This document shows positions 13,201 to 26,420 of a stretch of 64,000 nt of DNA, piece by piece. This DNA comes from Bugula neritina. Lineage: Eukaryota; Animalia; Bryozoa. The notes beneath the pieces are model-generated. The model saw only the letters and a list, made by a program, of their open reading frames with translations, was not told the origin of the DNA and did no database searches. Within the stretch, counting starts at the first letter, position 1. Every line of letters starts with the position of its first letter. The stretch covers positions 14,884,998 through 14,948,997 of the forward strand of contig OZ037767.1 in the NCBI GenBank assembly GCA_964035545.1. The letters run 5' to 3'. Position numbers and translations under genes: made by a program.

Positions 13201-16200
13201 GTGTAATGAAGCCGTGGATGCTTATATAGAAGATAAAGATGGGCAGGCGGTACTGAACATTGGTGGGGATATGAGGAAAATACAGTTGTGTTACAGCATA
13301 CTGAAAGTAAGCTTCTCTAACTCTTAAGTTAAAATTGAGAATTGTGATACCATGTACTTTTTCATTCTCTTTGTGAAGTAACACTAGAACTGATTATCGT
13401 TGACTGTTTGAAATATGGCAGTATGTACCAGGAAAGAGATAATAACTCCCAATATTTTTATTACTTAAAAACTAGTGGTTTTACAACATGCAGCCTGTCT
13501 TTCTTTGAACTTTGTTAACTGGAATCTTGACAAGATACAACTCTACAAGTATAGAGTTGCTCACTCTTTGATTATTACGCAATATACTTATGTTTGCTTG
13601 AGAAAGCTAAACTATGATCATCTTGGGGTCATCACCGCATTCTCATTTTAACTTTGTACTTGTGACCTTAGTTTCTGTTGTAAGAAATAGTTAAATGATA
13701 TTGACACACTGAAATATGTGCTTTGTTATTACAGCATTTGATAAAAAACCTTCTGCAATTTTAAAGCAGAGAAATTAAATTGTATGAATTACTTAGAACT
13801 CTCAATATTTGTCTTCATGTTTGTACTATAACTTTTAGTCTGTAAACACGTCTCTCAAAATGTCAGTACTTTTCATTCGCCGTATGAACCTGGACTACTT
13901 TACATTTTAGACTAAATTGCTAAGTCGGCCCAAAGAAGCTCCGCCCCCTGCTAAACCTCCCGAGGAGGAAGAGGAAATGAGTCACTACGACAAGATGGAG
14001 TTGAAGAAACTGCAGCACTTACTTCTACAGAGAGATAATGAAATTAGTGAGTAGACTTTAGTTAGAGGTCGAGCAAATACATTTAAAGAGAAAATAAAAT
14101 ACAAGTAAGGTCATTGTACAAAATGTTCTGTAGTTTAATATTTATGCAATGAGCTCTCTAAATATCAGCAGTAAATTTGTAGACATCCTTGTCAATATGC
14201 TGAAGAAAGAGAAGAAAAGAGCTGCAGAAGGACGACCTTCTAAATCTGACCTTGGAAATGGTCATGTGACTACCAGCTCCGCCAAACTGAGCTCTAGGGA
14301 CCAGAATCGTGGCGAGAGACACAAAGGTCAAGATCGTTCTGTAGCCACGCCCCCAGAATCTCATGCACACAGGTAACTGATGGCTGTAGCTAAAATACGT
14401 TTCTACTCACTATAGGTTCTCAATATTATGTTTGCATTTAAATTTATATTTAATATATTTTATTATTTATATTATAATATTTTATATTATATCATTTATA
14501 TTATAATATTTTATATTTATCTTATTATATTATAATATTTTATATTATTTATTGTATAGGATGAACTTATATTGAGCGAGTAAATCTGTTCTAGACTACC
14601 TCACTTTACATTTCTAACACGAGATGTTTATGTTGTTGTACTCACCGTCTTCTAGAAATGACAGTAATATTATATATTATATCTATAGAGTTCAATCTAG
14701 AGATCAATCCAGTCTCAGTGAAAGTGATTCTCCTAATCAGTTTACCTCTAGACGACAGAAACATCACACAGTGACCTCTAAACAGATACGTGAGTGTAGA
14801 TCTATATGCACAGCATTGAGATCTCCAGTTCCAAGTATGAGTCATACATCGGATACCCAATTTGTGCAGACGCTCATTTTTGATATAATAAAATGCATTT
14901 TGCGTTTTCACGAGTAATGACTCATACGTCTGCTTTCTGTTCAGTCGGGGACATGTCTGTGGGAAGACAGCAAGCGTTTGAAATATTCAAGAGAGACTAC
15001 CACGAGAATCAGCAGATTGAGGGAAATAAAAACCAGCTGAGACAGAAATATGCTGAGGCTAAAAAGCTTGGCGAACTTGTCAATAAAGAGAGAGACGTCA
15101 TTAGTACGTATACGTAGCTGGTTTGATCTCAGGCTAAAAATGTTATATTTTTATATCCACAGTAATTAGAGAAAGAAGTGAGCAGCGGTGGTCTAGGGGT
15201 TAGAACGTTTGCCTAGTAAGCACGAAGTCATGGGTTCGAACCCCAGTAAAGACTATTGGTGACGTTAGTAAGAGTATCCAGTTATAATTGCTTCTGTGTC
15301 CCACCTGAATAAGTCTTTAGCCCGATTTTAAAAACCCTTTCCATCAGGGGTGTCTCACAGGAATAGTGACTATAAACCTGCGTGAGTTATTAGAAAAAGA
15401 GACGCACATCAAAAATAACTATTGTTTATGGTCAATTATTTTTCTTTATTGAAATGTGTTACTTATTGGAATAAATAAAGTCGTTTATTTTAAGCCCTGT
15501 TTATGTTGTGATGTAGATAAATCCAAGACCCAACTGGAGCACTACCGAGTGCAGAAGGCAATGCAGGGTGACACAACTCAAACAATGGATGACACTGAGT
15601 CTGATCTGAAAGATGGTCTGGATCAAGCTAAACGCAGGTAATTATGACCTATATGTGTAGCAGAATAGTTTTTTACCTACTAGACTATTGTTTTGCCTAC
15701 TTCATGAACATATTGCATTTAGAAATGAAAACTAAGTTGTCAGCCTTAATTTAATAACACAGCTTCTTTGGTTATCAAATCAACACAATGTATTGGTTTT
15801 TAAAATATTTTATCAAGCTTGTACAGAGTTTTTTATATCATAGTTTTTTTGAGTTATTAGTGAGATATTGAGTTCTTTTAACTATGAGTTTGCCCTAATT
15901 AGGTATAAAAGCTAAAAAGTGTTTCTCATTACATACTTGTTGGGCTGGAATTCCAATTCTGTTATATTCAAACCGTTTTACATGACAGTATAGACTTAGC
16001 TATCGCTGTATAGTTTTTAGCCAATGAGTTTTAATTCACACTTTGGGGTCATTTATCTCTGCGCAGTTACAAAGAGAAACTGGCCAGACTGAAATCTCTC
16101 AAGACAGAAACGGAGCACCTCCAGCACTACCTGGAGAGGAGTAAAGTGAAACTCATGAAAGACTTTGAGTTCTGGTGGGCGAAGCAAATGAGCCAATCAG

Positions 16201-17661
16201 AGCAGCAGGCTCTACATGATCCAATCAAGTTAGTTTAGCACCTTCACGACACAAGTTGTGTTAGTTTATTACCTTCACGACACAAGTTGTGTTAGTTTAT
16301 TACCTCCACGACACAAGTTGTGTTAGTTTATTACCTTCAGGACACAAGTTGTGTTAGTTTATTACCTCCACAACACAACTTGTGTTAGTTTATTACCTCC
16401 ACAACACAAGTTGTGTTAGTTTCTTACCTCCATGACACAAGTTGTGTTAGTGTATTATCGCTATGGAAACAGGTATGCGTGTCTGTTTCTATGCTGTAGT
16501 ACTAATAAAGTATACTCAATGGAATAACATAGAAGTGGTGTGCAACTCAGAGTTAGTGTTTATGCTGGGTTACTGGTAGAATATGATGCAAACCAAGGCA
16601 TCATAAACAGAGTTGTGTTCAACTTTAGCAGAAAGGTTTTACTCTTTATTTGCTGTGCTTATAATTTTGACATGTCAACTGGCATTTATATGCTAAATTC
16701 CTTTATAGGAATTCATTTGAAAACTAGTTTGAAATGCGCCAGAATTGTTTTAATTTCATAGGTTTTTAGTATATTTCTAGAACAACCGGTCACTTTTTTG
16801 TTATTAAACTTTACAAATTTCAGTAATTAATACTTCACAACTTTCAGGTCTGCCTGGAGGACGCCCCCGCCCTCAGGCAGTTCTTCAACTAGTCACTCAG
16901 CTACACAGCCTGGAGACCCAGGCTATCGCAGACCACCTGTTAGGGCTGCTCAAGTGCCACCCTTAGAGTTGAATGCCTCTGGCTCTACATTTGTTAAATC
17001 CAGGTACTTAGTCTAGGAAATCTGTGGGGAACTTTATACTGTTTCTACACAACAGAATACTAGACCTTGTAGTATGATATAATGAAAGACTTGCTGGTTG
17101 TCTGAGCAAGTATTATTTTTCCTTTCAGTTCCACTGATCAGATGAGTCTCAACTCTCTATCCTCAACTTCAATCAATTCCTTTAACAATTATCAAAACAG
17201 CGGCTATTCCCAACTGACACCTGCTGGTCACGTGTCACACCAACCACCTGCTGGTCACAAGTCACATCACTCACCTGCTGGTCACGTGTCACATCACTCA
17301 CCTGCTGGTCACAAGTCACATCACTCATCTAAAGATGCCACATCAGAGTCACAGCCAACCTCGGTAGCTGGCATACAGTTGACGGGTGATGCAGAAGTAG
17401 ATGCGAATATTTTGGCATTTGTGAAGGCAAGAAGCGCGGCTAAACAGTTAGGTATGTCTATCTTGCTTGCTAAGCTCTGTTTAATAATGACTTTATTTTT
17501 TCATTTTTTCTATATTTGTGAGATGCATTTCCTTTAGTATGAATATATTAAACAAAGTTGACGTCTTTATCACAACTTATCTATTTCTGCTTAGCTTTAA
17601 ATTTGTAAATTTCTTCAACTATTTTTGTTTTGTAGCTCAATCTAAAAATATTACAAGTTGA
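7249..17661 (+). CDS. KIF6: Kinesin-like protein KIF6 (kinesin-9 family), 20 coding exons, about 884 aa
   Basis: Exons 7249-7308, 7972-8081, 8635-8709, 9627-9774, 10455-10564, 10892-11021, 11169-11287, 11779-11866, 11984-12127, 12607-12797, 13201-13306, 13911-14046, 14183-14372, 14689-14789, 14945-15103, 15517-15637, 16067-16228, 16848-17003, 17129-17451 and 17636-17661 join in frame. Motifs: N-terminus [15 protein letters not shown]-loop [31 protein letters not shown], and KIF6-type [43 protein letters not shown]. Confidence 0.96.
7650..7978. repeat. Degenerate ~22-24 bp TA-rich minisatellite ending at the KIF6 exon 2 acceptor
   Basis: Units resemble TAATATATGTGTAGGTATATATG. The last unit supplies the real TTAG|GTATAC junction. 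Confidence 0.85.
10262..10400. repeat. 20-bp minisatellite (GTTTAGTGACTAATCAATCA)
   Basis: About 5-6 tandem copies in KIF6 intron 4. Confidence 0.85.
11342..11708. repeat. 13-bp minisatellite (CTGCTTCTACTAT)n
   Basis: Tandem array in KIF6 intron 7; it explains the spurious ORF 11332-11751. Confidence 0.92.
15180..15385 (+). mobile_element. tRNA-derived SINE family A, copy 1
   Basis: A box TGGTCTAGGGG and B box GGTTCGAACCC, followed by a ~130-bp body (…TTTCCATCAGG…CACAGG…GTGACTATAAAC) shared with the copies at 35962 and 60716. Confidence 0.85.
16229..16452. repeat. 31-bp minisatellite starting at a KIF6 splice donor
   Basis: GTTAGTTTATTACCTTCACGACACAAGTTGT, about 7 copies. The first unit begins at the GT of the donor. 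Confidence 0.9.
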
Positions 17662-18071
17662 CAAGACGATATCATTTATATTTCGGACTACAGACTATGA
17701 TGACTTTAAGACCCTAAGATCTTTGTGAAATTCTAACCTTTTGAATAAATTTGTTAATGTTTTCTTTCAACATACTATATGAAAATATATCGTTATTTTT
17801 GAATGAGTTTTAATGTTGGATTTTATTTTCACGTCTGACTACACTGTGGTGCCCTCCAACTGTTCATGAATCACGCCTTTAACTGACAATCTCTACAATG
17901 TGATATACTTATGTAAATATTATTACGTTTTATATTAAAAATCATATCTCTATGGTAATGCAAAATATATATTTGTTTCATTATATAATATATAATTACA
18001 TAATGAAATCTGCCTTTGTCTATTAAAAGCATATTTGCTGTGTAGCCTGAAATCTTATAAATTATTCAAGT

Positions 18072-20346
18072 TCAAGCTCGGCAAGATTTTTTTCGTCTTT
18101 GATTACTTCTACTTGAAGTTGTCTGCTTCCGAGCAGCTCCTCTCCGTTTGATAGCATCTTTCCTGCTGGGAGTTTTAGTCTTGTTTCTGCTGGCTTTTAC
18201 AGCTTTCTTAGAGTTTCCTGTTACAGCTTTCTTAGAGCTTCCCGTTACAGCTTTCTTAGAGCTTCCTGTTACAGCTTTCTTAGAGCTTCCTGTTACAGCT
18301 TTCTTAGAGCTTCCTGTTACAGCTTTCTTAGAGTTTCCTGTTACAGCTTTCTTAGAGCTTCCTGTTACAGCTTTCTTAGAGCTTCCCGTTACAGCTTTCT
18401 TAGAGCTTCCTGTTACAGCTTTCTTAGAGTTTCCTGTTACAGCTTTCTTAGAGCTGGCTGATAGCTTATTAGAAGCCGCTTGAGCTTTCATTCGAACCTT
18501 TTTCTGCTGATTCTATAAGTACAAATATTATTATCTGATAGTGAAAAAAAATTGCCACCACTGGGAATCGAACCCAAGACCTCTGGCTTGCAAGCGTGCT
18601 AACCATTACACCGCGGGGATCACTGGGTAAACTCATCACTACAAGTAGTTTTATTTACTTATTGATTGATTGTTGGGAAATTACTTACGATATGCTGATA
18701 GTATAAATCTTATCTTGCTTTTTATAAATAAATAAGCTTTCAGTAATTTACAGGACTTTAGAGTAACGCACCTTGTACTGTTGAAGCTTCCGGTAAAACT
18801 TGGCACTATCTTTCTTTGCCATCTGCTCATACGGGTATCTTTCCGCTCCGGAGAGGGTCTTCCACGCAACAGCTCCTGCAATTGAAAAGATCTTCACCAA
18901 TTATTTTAGTCTAAAGAATTTTACCAAAATGGTTATTCATGTGTCAAATGTGAAGGAAACAGCATCATTGTCAATATAGTTTTAGAAAGCTGTTACTTTC
19001 TTGTCTATGAAGTGCCAAATGGTCAAAAATTTGCTTATTATTGCATCTCATATGCTTACAATAAAGTATCTAGTAGGGACTGCCAAATGGTCAAAGATTC
19101 GCTTATTATTTCATACAGCAATAATAAGCAAATTATTGACCATTTGGCACTCCATACTTGTCTCTATCTTAAGCATGTGATAAGGACCAACATTTTTGTA
19201 GAGAAACTGAGCATAGAGTACCAAATTGGTTTATTAGGATTGTGTGCTGCCAATATCAACTGTCTACTAAAACCTCTGAGTAATTACTGACCGTTTGACA
19301 CCATCTCCCGAACATCCCACCCTCTATCGTCATTCCTCTTTCTAAAGTCTTGCATAAACAGCATGTAAGCAGAAAGCGCCCTCTTGGGTCTGTTTGGGTC
19401 TCGTTTAGCTTTTTTACTCAAGATTGGCTCTTCCGCATTTGACTTTAACTTTCTACTTTTAAGCTTTTCCTGAAGCAAAAGAAAATGTATTTGAATGGTA
19501 TAGCCTCTAAACTCTAAAGCACCAGGCAATTAGTAATTTTTCACAAGTAACTAATCATTATACGCTACCCATCTTATATCTACATAACATTCTACATTAA
19601 CCATCCCATATTTACATTACATTCTACTTTAACCTTGATATCATATAGATATACAACATTCTACATTAACCATGCCATATCTACATCACATTCTATGTAC
19701 ATTAACCTTCTTATATAGGTATGCAACATTGTATACGGACAATCTCATATCTAGATAATGTTATATACACTACATACTTCTTATCTCCATAATTAATTTT
19801 ATATTCTATAATAATTAATTCTATATTCTACATGCACTGATCACTTCATGATACATCTACTCTATAATCTACACTCTACACACTCACTTTATATCTACTA
19901 AACTCTCTGTTATACTTTTCCTTCAGTCTCATTGATTGCTCCTCATAAGGCAGCTTCTCTCGGTTGGTTAAACTCCTCCACACAGTAGCTCCTTTCTGGG
20001 TCATCTCTGTGTTGGAGTAACCTCTGTGTCGGTTGGTTTTCCGGAACTCTCCGAGGAAGATTAGAAAAGCCGACATGTATCTGATGGGCAATAAACAACA
20101 GATACTATTCAGTTTATTATTGCCAGTACAAATTGCAGCGATCAATAACATATTTATAAATTATCTTTACTCAAAATACTTTTCAAAAAGTTAAACCCAG
20201 CTATTGCAAACATATCTGATGTCAGATGATAATCTTAATGCCATTTTTGTGTTACATTAGCTATATTAAAAGTGGCGTACTGCGAAATTCCAGAAATTGA
20301 CTTACTTTTTCGGCCTTTCTAGATCTCTGTTGCCTTGTTTTCCCAT
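18072..20346 (-). CDS. Two-HMG-box (HMGB-like) protein with a basic repetitive C-terminal tail, 5 exons, about 318 aa
   Basis: Exons 20346-20306, 20080-19888, 19469-19292, 18875-18772 and 18512-18072 join in frame. Box A: [28 protein letters not shown]…[16 protein letters not shown]. Box B: [23 protein letters not shown]…[19 protein letters not shown]. Tail: (SKKAVTG[S/N])x10 followed by an Arg/Lys-rich end. Confidence 0.9.
18553..18645 (-). mobile_element. tRNA-like short repeat family B, copy 1
   Basis: Reverse complement reads GGTGTAATGGTTAGC…CTTGCAAGCCAGAG…GGTTCGATTCCC. Homologous to 58176-58272 and 34314-34400. Confidence 0.7.
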
Positions 20347-21124
20347 TGCTCTTGAGAAATAATATATTTATGGAACAGCTGTGTAATACAACACCTCAGT
20401 TTCTACCTACACGCTAACAGATTAAATTCTGCAGTCTATAAATTATTTAGGCATTATTGATGATGTCATGAAATATTAGCCCAATTTCTTTGCATTCTTT
20501 AGATTCAAATTCCTAAGGCTTCTCAAAAATAATGTTACCCAACAATAGAATAACACTTTTATTGCTATTATAAACTTTTATGTTTAATTGAACTATATAT
20601 TATTCAATTATATCATATTTTATTAATATAATTATTATAAAAATATTTACATATTATAGTGTGCACAATCATATATTAAATTATAATAACATATATATAT
20701 ATATTATATTATGTTATGCTAATGTAATGTATATTATATAACACATCATTGTAAGTTATTTGTTTTGAGGCAAGTGAATCATTTTAGTATAATGTAGTTA
20801 TTTGTTGAAATTTTGACTTTGTTGGTAAACAATCTAATAAAAATGTGACGGAGCGGAGTGAAATGGCAGTCTCAATCCCTAAAACAATTAATTAGTAAAT
20901 TAGCAGCCAATTTCGGTTATTTACACAATGACTTGTACGCCTAAAACACCAGCTGTACTATGCAGATTTGAAAATATAATTGGTAAAATAGTCATATCAT
21001 AGGTCATCAATCTCTTTTGTCAAGAGACATAGTGTCATATTGCAATACAGTGGTTATGCTAGCACAGAACAGTCTGTGACTTTTATAAGCTTATTTCAAG
21101 GACTTGTGTTGTTTTACATGCTTG

Positions 21125-22310
21125 ACGCATACTGACACACACCGGCACATAATGACACACACTGACACATAGTGACACACACTGACATACACTAACACCC
21201 ACTGACACATCCTGACACACACTGACATATAGTGACACACACTGACACATAATGACATGCACTAACTCATACTGACACACACTGACACATAGTGACACAC
21301 ACTGACATACACTAACGCACACTGACACATACTGACACACAGTAACACATCCTGACACACACTGACACATACTGACACACACTGACACATAATGACACAC
21401 ACTGACACATAATGACATATAGTGACACACACTGACACACACTGACACATATTGACACTCACTGACACATACTGACACACACTGACACATCCTGACACAC
21501 ACTGACACACACTGACACATAATGACGCACACTGACACATAGTGACACACACTGATATATAGTGACACACACTGACACATATTGACACTCACTGACACAT
21601 AATGACATGTACTAACTCATACTGACACATACTGACACACACCGACACATAATGACGCACACTGACACATAGTGACACACACTGACATACACTAACGCAC
21701 ACTGACACATACTGACACACAGTAACACATCCTGACACACACTGACACACACTGACACATAATGACACACACTGACACATAATGACACACACCGGCACAT
21801 AATGACACACACCGACACATAATGACACACACTGACACATCCTGACACACACTGACACATACTGACACACACTGACATATACTGACACATGCTGACACAT
21901 ACTGTCACATACTGACACATACTGACACATACTGACACACACTGACACATCCTGACACACACTGACACATACTGACACACACTGACATATAGTGACACAC
22001 ACTGACACATATTGACACTCACTGACACATAATGACATGTACTAACTCATACTGACACATACTGACACACACCGACACCTAATGACACACACTGACACAT
22101 AGTGACACACACTGACATACACTAACGCACACTGACACATACTGACACACAGTAACACATCCTGACACACACTGACACACACTGACACATAATGACACAC
22201 ACTGACACATAATGACACACACTGACACATATTGACACTCACTGACACATAATGACATTCACTAACTCACACTGATACATACTGACATATACTGATATAT
22301 ATACTGGCAC
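21125..22310. repeat. 10-bp satellite (ACTGACACAY)n with higher-order structure
   Basis: More than 100 units. Variant blocks such as ACTAACGCAC…AGTAACACAT recur. Explains all the Cys/Val ORFs at 21083-22448. Confidence 0.96.
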
Positions 22311-22633
22311 ATTTACATGCATATTGATATTTGTACTGCATGAGTCTACTCTGTGTAAAGAGATAGTATATAAACAATACTGCTGTTTTTTCAATACTTC
22401 ATTATATGATTTTCCAAACTGACTTTCACTATCCCATGAATCCCTCATCCCTCACTCTCTTATATTATAATAATATTTATAATAATAATTTGCAGCATTA
22501 TTGTTGTTGTGTCACTACTCAATGCAACCAGTTCATGAATATAAATTTATTGCATTAGTTGAAGGTAAGCTTTTCTCATGAATATTGTTGACATAAAGCA
22601 ACTACGTAATGATTATTTGAAGCAAAGCACATC

Positions 22634-25600
22634 ATGGTTAATAAATTAAGATCCTATCTCTTGTTGATTACAATCTTCGGACTTATCATCCATAGCACCT
22701 TTCCTATGAAAACAAATCCACAGCAACTCTACAAACTAAACACAGAGACTATAGGACCACCAGATGGTTTGTTTTATTGGGTAACTACATTCTTTGCAGT
22801 CAGTATGGTTGGGGGGGGGGGGGTTTAATAGTAATGGTTGTTTATTTGTGTGCTTCCTTCAACTGAATGGGTTACAATAAAGTATCCTGGACAGGAAAAG
22901 TAAAATTTAGGAAAAATATATTATAAAGAGTGCAACAATATCAGCAGCATAGTGGTAGTAATTACTACTTACAATATATATTAAATATTTCCAAGAATTG
23001 TGCTGTGTAACAGTAGCTGTATGTATATCAAAAATATGCGCTTTGCCTAATAAATATTTTGTAAAGTCATTTAAGTAAGTGTGCTACATAAAACACTGCA
23101 CTACATCCATAGTATATTATATTCTAAACTACATGCAGAATATAACACTATATGTAACGAATATACTTTTGCTCTTAATAATGCCTAGCAAGTTAGCTGC
23201 ACATACATAATATAACTACTCTGGTACAATATTGTTACTGATATGGGAAATTGTAAAACTTAGAAGCATTCACATGGGTTAGCAGGGTGATTTATTTTTA
23301 CAATTGTGAGCTGACCTTTTGAACTTGTGAACTGTGCTCCTTTTTAAAACCTGTGAAATCTTTATAATAAAATAAGTCAAGTGTGCGCACATCCTATTTA
23401 GTCATAAACAGAAATATCTTGGCTGTAAATGTAACCAGCAGAAATATCTTGGCTGTAAATGTAACCAGCAGAAATATCTTTGCTGTAAATGTAACCAGCA
23501 GAAATATCATTACTGTAGATGTAACCAGCAGAAATATCATTACTGTAAATGTAACCAGCAGAAATATCATTACTGTAAATGTAACCAGCAGAAATATCAT
23601 TACTGTAAATGTAACCAGCAGAAATATCTTGGCTGTAAGTGTGACCAGCAGAAATATCATTACTGTAAGTGTAACCAGCAGAAATATCATTACTGTAAAT
23701 GTAACCAGCAGAAATATCATTACTGTAAATGTAACCAGCAGAAATATCATTACTGTAAATGTAACCAGCAGAAATATCATTACTGTAAATGTAACCAGCA
23801 GAAATATATTTGCTGTAGATGTAATCATCAGAAATATCATTACTGTAAGTGTAACCAGCAGAAATATCATTACTGTAGATGTAACCAGCAGAAATATCTT
23901 TACTGTAAATGTAATCATCAGAAATATCATTATTGTAAATGTAACCAGCAGAAATATCTTTACTGTAAATGTAACCAGCAGAAATATCTTGGCTGCAGCT
24001 GAAGAGAAACAGCGGAGGTCAGCTGACACTGAGTTTTATTCTGAAGATGAAGTCTATGATGATTGGCCGATTAATGAGCAGTTCAGCAGTCAAGGTTTGC
24101 TTCCTGTTTCTAAATGATATAAGCTTACGTAAAATAATCGTTATTCCGGGGACTTTAATTTAAACCGACATCTGCTCAAATTGGATGCTTTATGTATCTA
24201 TAATATTATATTATAGATAGTACTGTTTATGTGCATCTATAAACCTCTACTCCATTCAGTATTAAAAGTCTGGACAGGAAACAGTAGTATTGTTAGCTAT
24301 TATTGTTATTTTTTACACTCTGCAGTAATTGAAAGCATATTTTGCCTTTCAGTTCGTACAGCTTTAATAATATGCAAGAGATGTAAGTGAGCTGGGTATA
24401 GCTGTTATATCTAGAAGAACTAAGGCTAGGTTTTATCATAGATAGGATATTTTAGATGATGTCGAGATGGTTACACAGAAAGATGAGAAAGGAGATAGCC
24501 CAAATGGGGCAGATAACTCCGACACCCAGCGACTTTCAGTCGATGGAGAGTCAAAAGATCACATTTTGAGTGGTGAGCTGTTGTCTAAAAGCAGCATTTA
24601 ATCCAGTAATTTATTTTTCAATTGAAATTTTTAACACCTCTAATGGCTTATTTGTTTTTTGCTTGTTTATTTCTGTTGCTACACACAAGTGTTCTACAAG
24701 GTAAATCTGAACCATCAAAAGGACAGCATGTCTATGTTTAAAAGGCAGCGAAATCATCTTCCTTTAAAACACCAGATTTTATTGAGTATGCGATTGAAGC
24801 ATTTAGCCATTCTCACAAGAATAATATCTTTCAGCTGTGTCGTATAAACTAATGGCGGTGTCTTAGAAGCTGTGAAAAAAATAAAGACTGAGCTATTGAT
24901 AGGCTAATAGAAAAAAATGTCAAAATGATATATTCTTAGATTTTGAATCTGCGCAGTAAACTATATGTTGAGGTCATAACTCTAAATGTGTTGGATTAAG
25001 AGTTTATGTTATTATTATATATATTTTATGTCTCATACAGCTTACGTATGCTACTTGCATATATATCAAATAGGCTACTTAGATGTGAATAAATTTTGTC
25101 TTTAGTTACTTTGACTGAATACTTGAAAACAAAGTGGCGAGATGTGAGACACGGGCACGCACTGCACGACCCCCTCTTTTGGTTCGTCTTTTCTCTGTTC
25201 ATCCTGGCTATGATTGTCATGATGGTACTGATGTTTCTAGGACTGTTTAAGTTGTGTCAGCATTACTGTCTTCGGGAAGAAAACATAATAGAGTGAGTAT
25301 TTGTACTGTTTCAGTTGTGTAACAACTATGCCTGTACAGACCCCACAGGTGTCACCACAACTTTATTTCTAGTGTTTCAGCTGTCATCCCAACTTTGACA
25401 ACTGTCTCAAGTGTCACCATGGCTTTGACAACTGTCTCAAGTGTCATCATGGCTTTGACAAGTGCTGCATGTGTCTAAAATTACTTGGGTCTCGAAAATT
25501 ATTAATACAGATTATAAACTTAGTCACTTTTATTATGGGTTATTGTTAAGATACTAATTTCATAGTGCATTACGAAATTTTAAAAAGCGGACATACCACT

Positions 25601-26089
25601 TGCATGTTTCCAGAAACATTTTTAACCTTTGAACTCGCAACTTCCAAGTTCAACTATTGTAGCTTCATATTGATATGAAGCTACAAAAGTTGAATTCAGA
25701 TTTAAGTAGAAACTATTGGTTTTTTCCTGAAATAAATGTTCAATAAGTTTTACAAGTAAGTGACCTGATCTATTTAGAATATGAACAAATTGCATCATAT
25801 CTCTTTCTGTAGACCTGAAATTATAAACAGAGGGTCTATGAGACATTCCCAGATACGCAGGTCATCTGCTGGCTCTAGAGGGTCAGCCGCGCTGCCAAGG
25901 GAGAGTCGTTATGGCAAAGGCAGCGGACGACGCTTTTCAGCCAATTACAACAACAATGCTGACGTGCTGTTGCAGAGACTGTTGGGTTGCAAGTCCTGCA
26001 TTGTATACCACTCTAAACATCACTATAGTTACGGCACCAATTCAGACGACAAGATATGTCGTGGCAACTCTCGGTCACAGCCTGACTAA
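22634..26089 (+). CDS. Uncharacterised single-pass type I membrane protein, about 270-300 aa
   Basis: Exons 22634-22766 (signal peptide MVNKLRSYLLLITIFGLIIHS), 23999-24094, 24456-24572, optional 24690-24785, 25106-25292 (TM LFWFVFSLFILAMIVMMVLMFLGLF) and 25813-26089 (basic Ser/Arg tail) join with consistent phases. No family recognised. Confidence 0.7.
23408..23998. repeat. 30-bp minisatellite (GAAATATCATTACTGTAAATGTAACCAGCA), about 20 copies
   Basis: Highly homogeneous array ending exactly at the exon 2 acceptor of the orphan membrane gene. Confidence 0.95.
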
Positions 26090-26149
26090 GTTGTCTCTAA
26101 TTAATAATAGAAGTGACACTTTAGCAACTGTTATTAGCATAAACGAGCA

Positions 26150-26420
26150 GATGCCTGTGTCATACATGAGCAAGTGCCTGTGTCAGTTAGCAGGTGCCTG
26201 CAACACATTACTAGGTGCTTGTGACATATCAACAGGTGCCTGTGACACATTATCAGGGGCATGTGACATATTACCAGGTGCATATAACATATTAGCAGGT
26301 ACATGTGTCATTTAGCAAGTGCCTGTGACACATTAGCAGGTGCTTGTGTCCGTTAGCAGGTGCCTGTGCTATACTTAGCATGTTGTGCTTGTGGCAAATC
26401 AGCAGGTGCCTGTATCATTT
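26150..26420. repeat. Degenerate 21-bp minisatellite (TTAGCAGGTGCCTGTGACACA-like)
   Basis: About 12 diverged copies downstream of the orphan gene stop. Confidence 0.8.

Noticed and set aside
13085-13384. 99-aa minus-strand ORF
   Set aside because: It overlaps KIF6 exon 11 (13201-13306) on the opposite strand and has no independent support.
18148-18483. Plus-strand ORF with LELPVTAF repeats
   Set aside because: Antisense shadow of the HMG protein tail exon.
21083-22448. Multiple long Cys/Val/Ser-rich ORFs
   Set aside because: They are translations of a 10-bp satellite in several frames, with no splice or start context.
23408-23998. CRISPR-like regular repeat
   Set aside because: Head-to-tail units without unique spacers, in a eukaryotic intron, and no cas genes.
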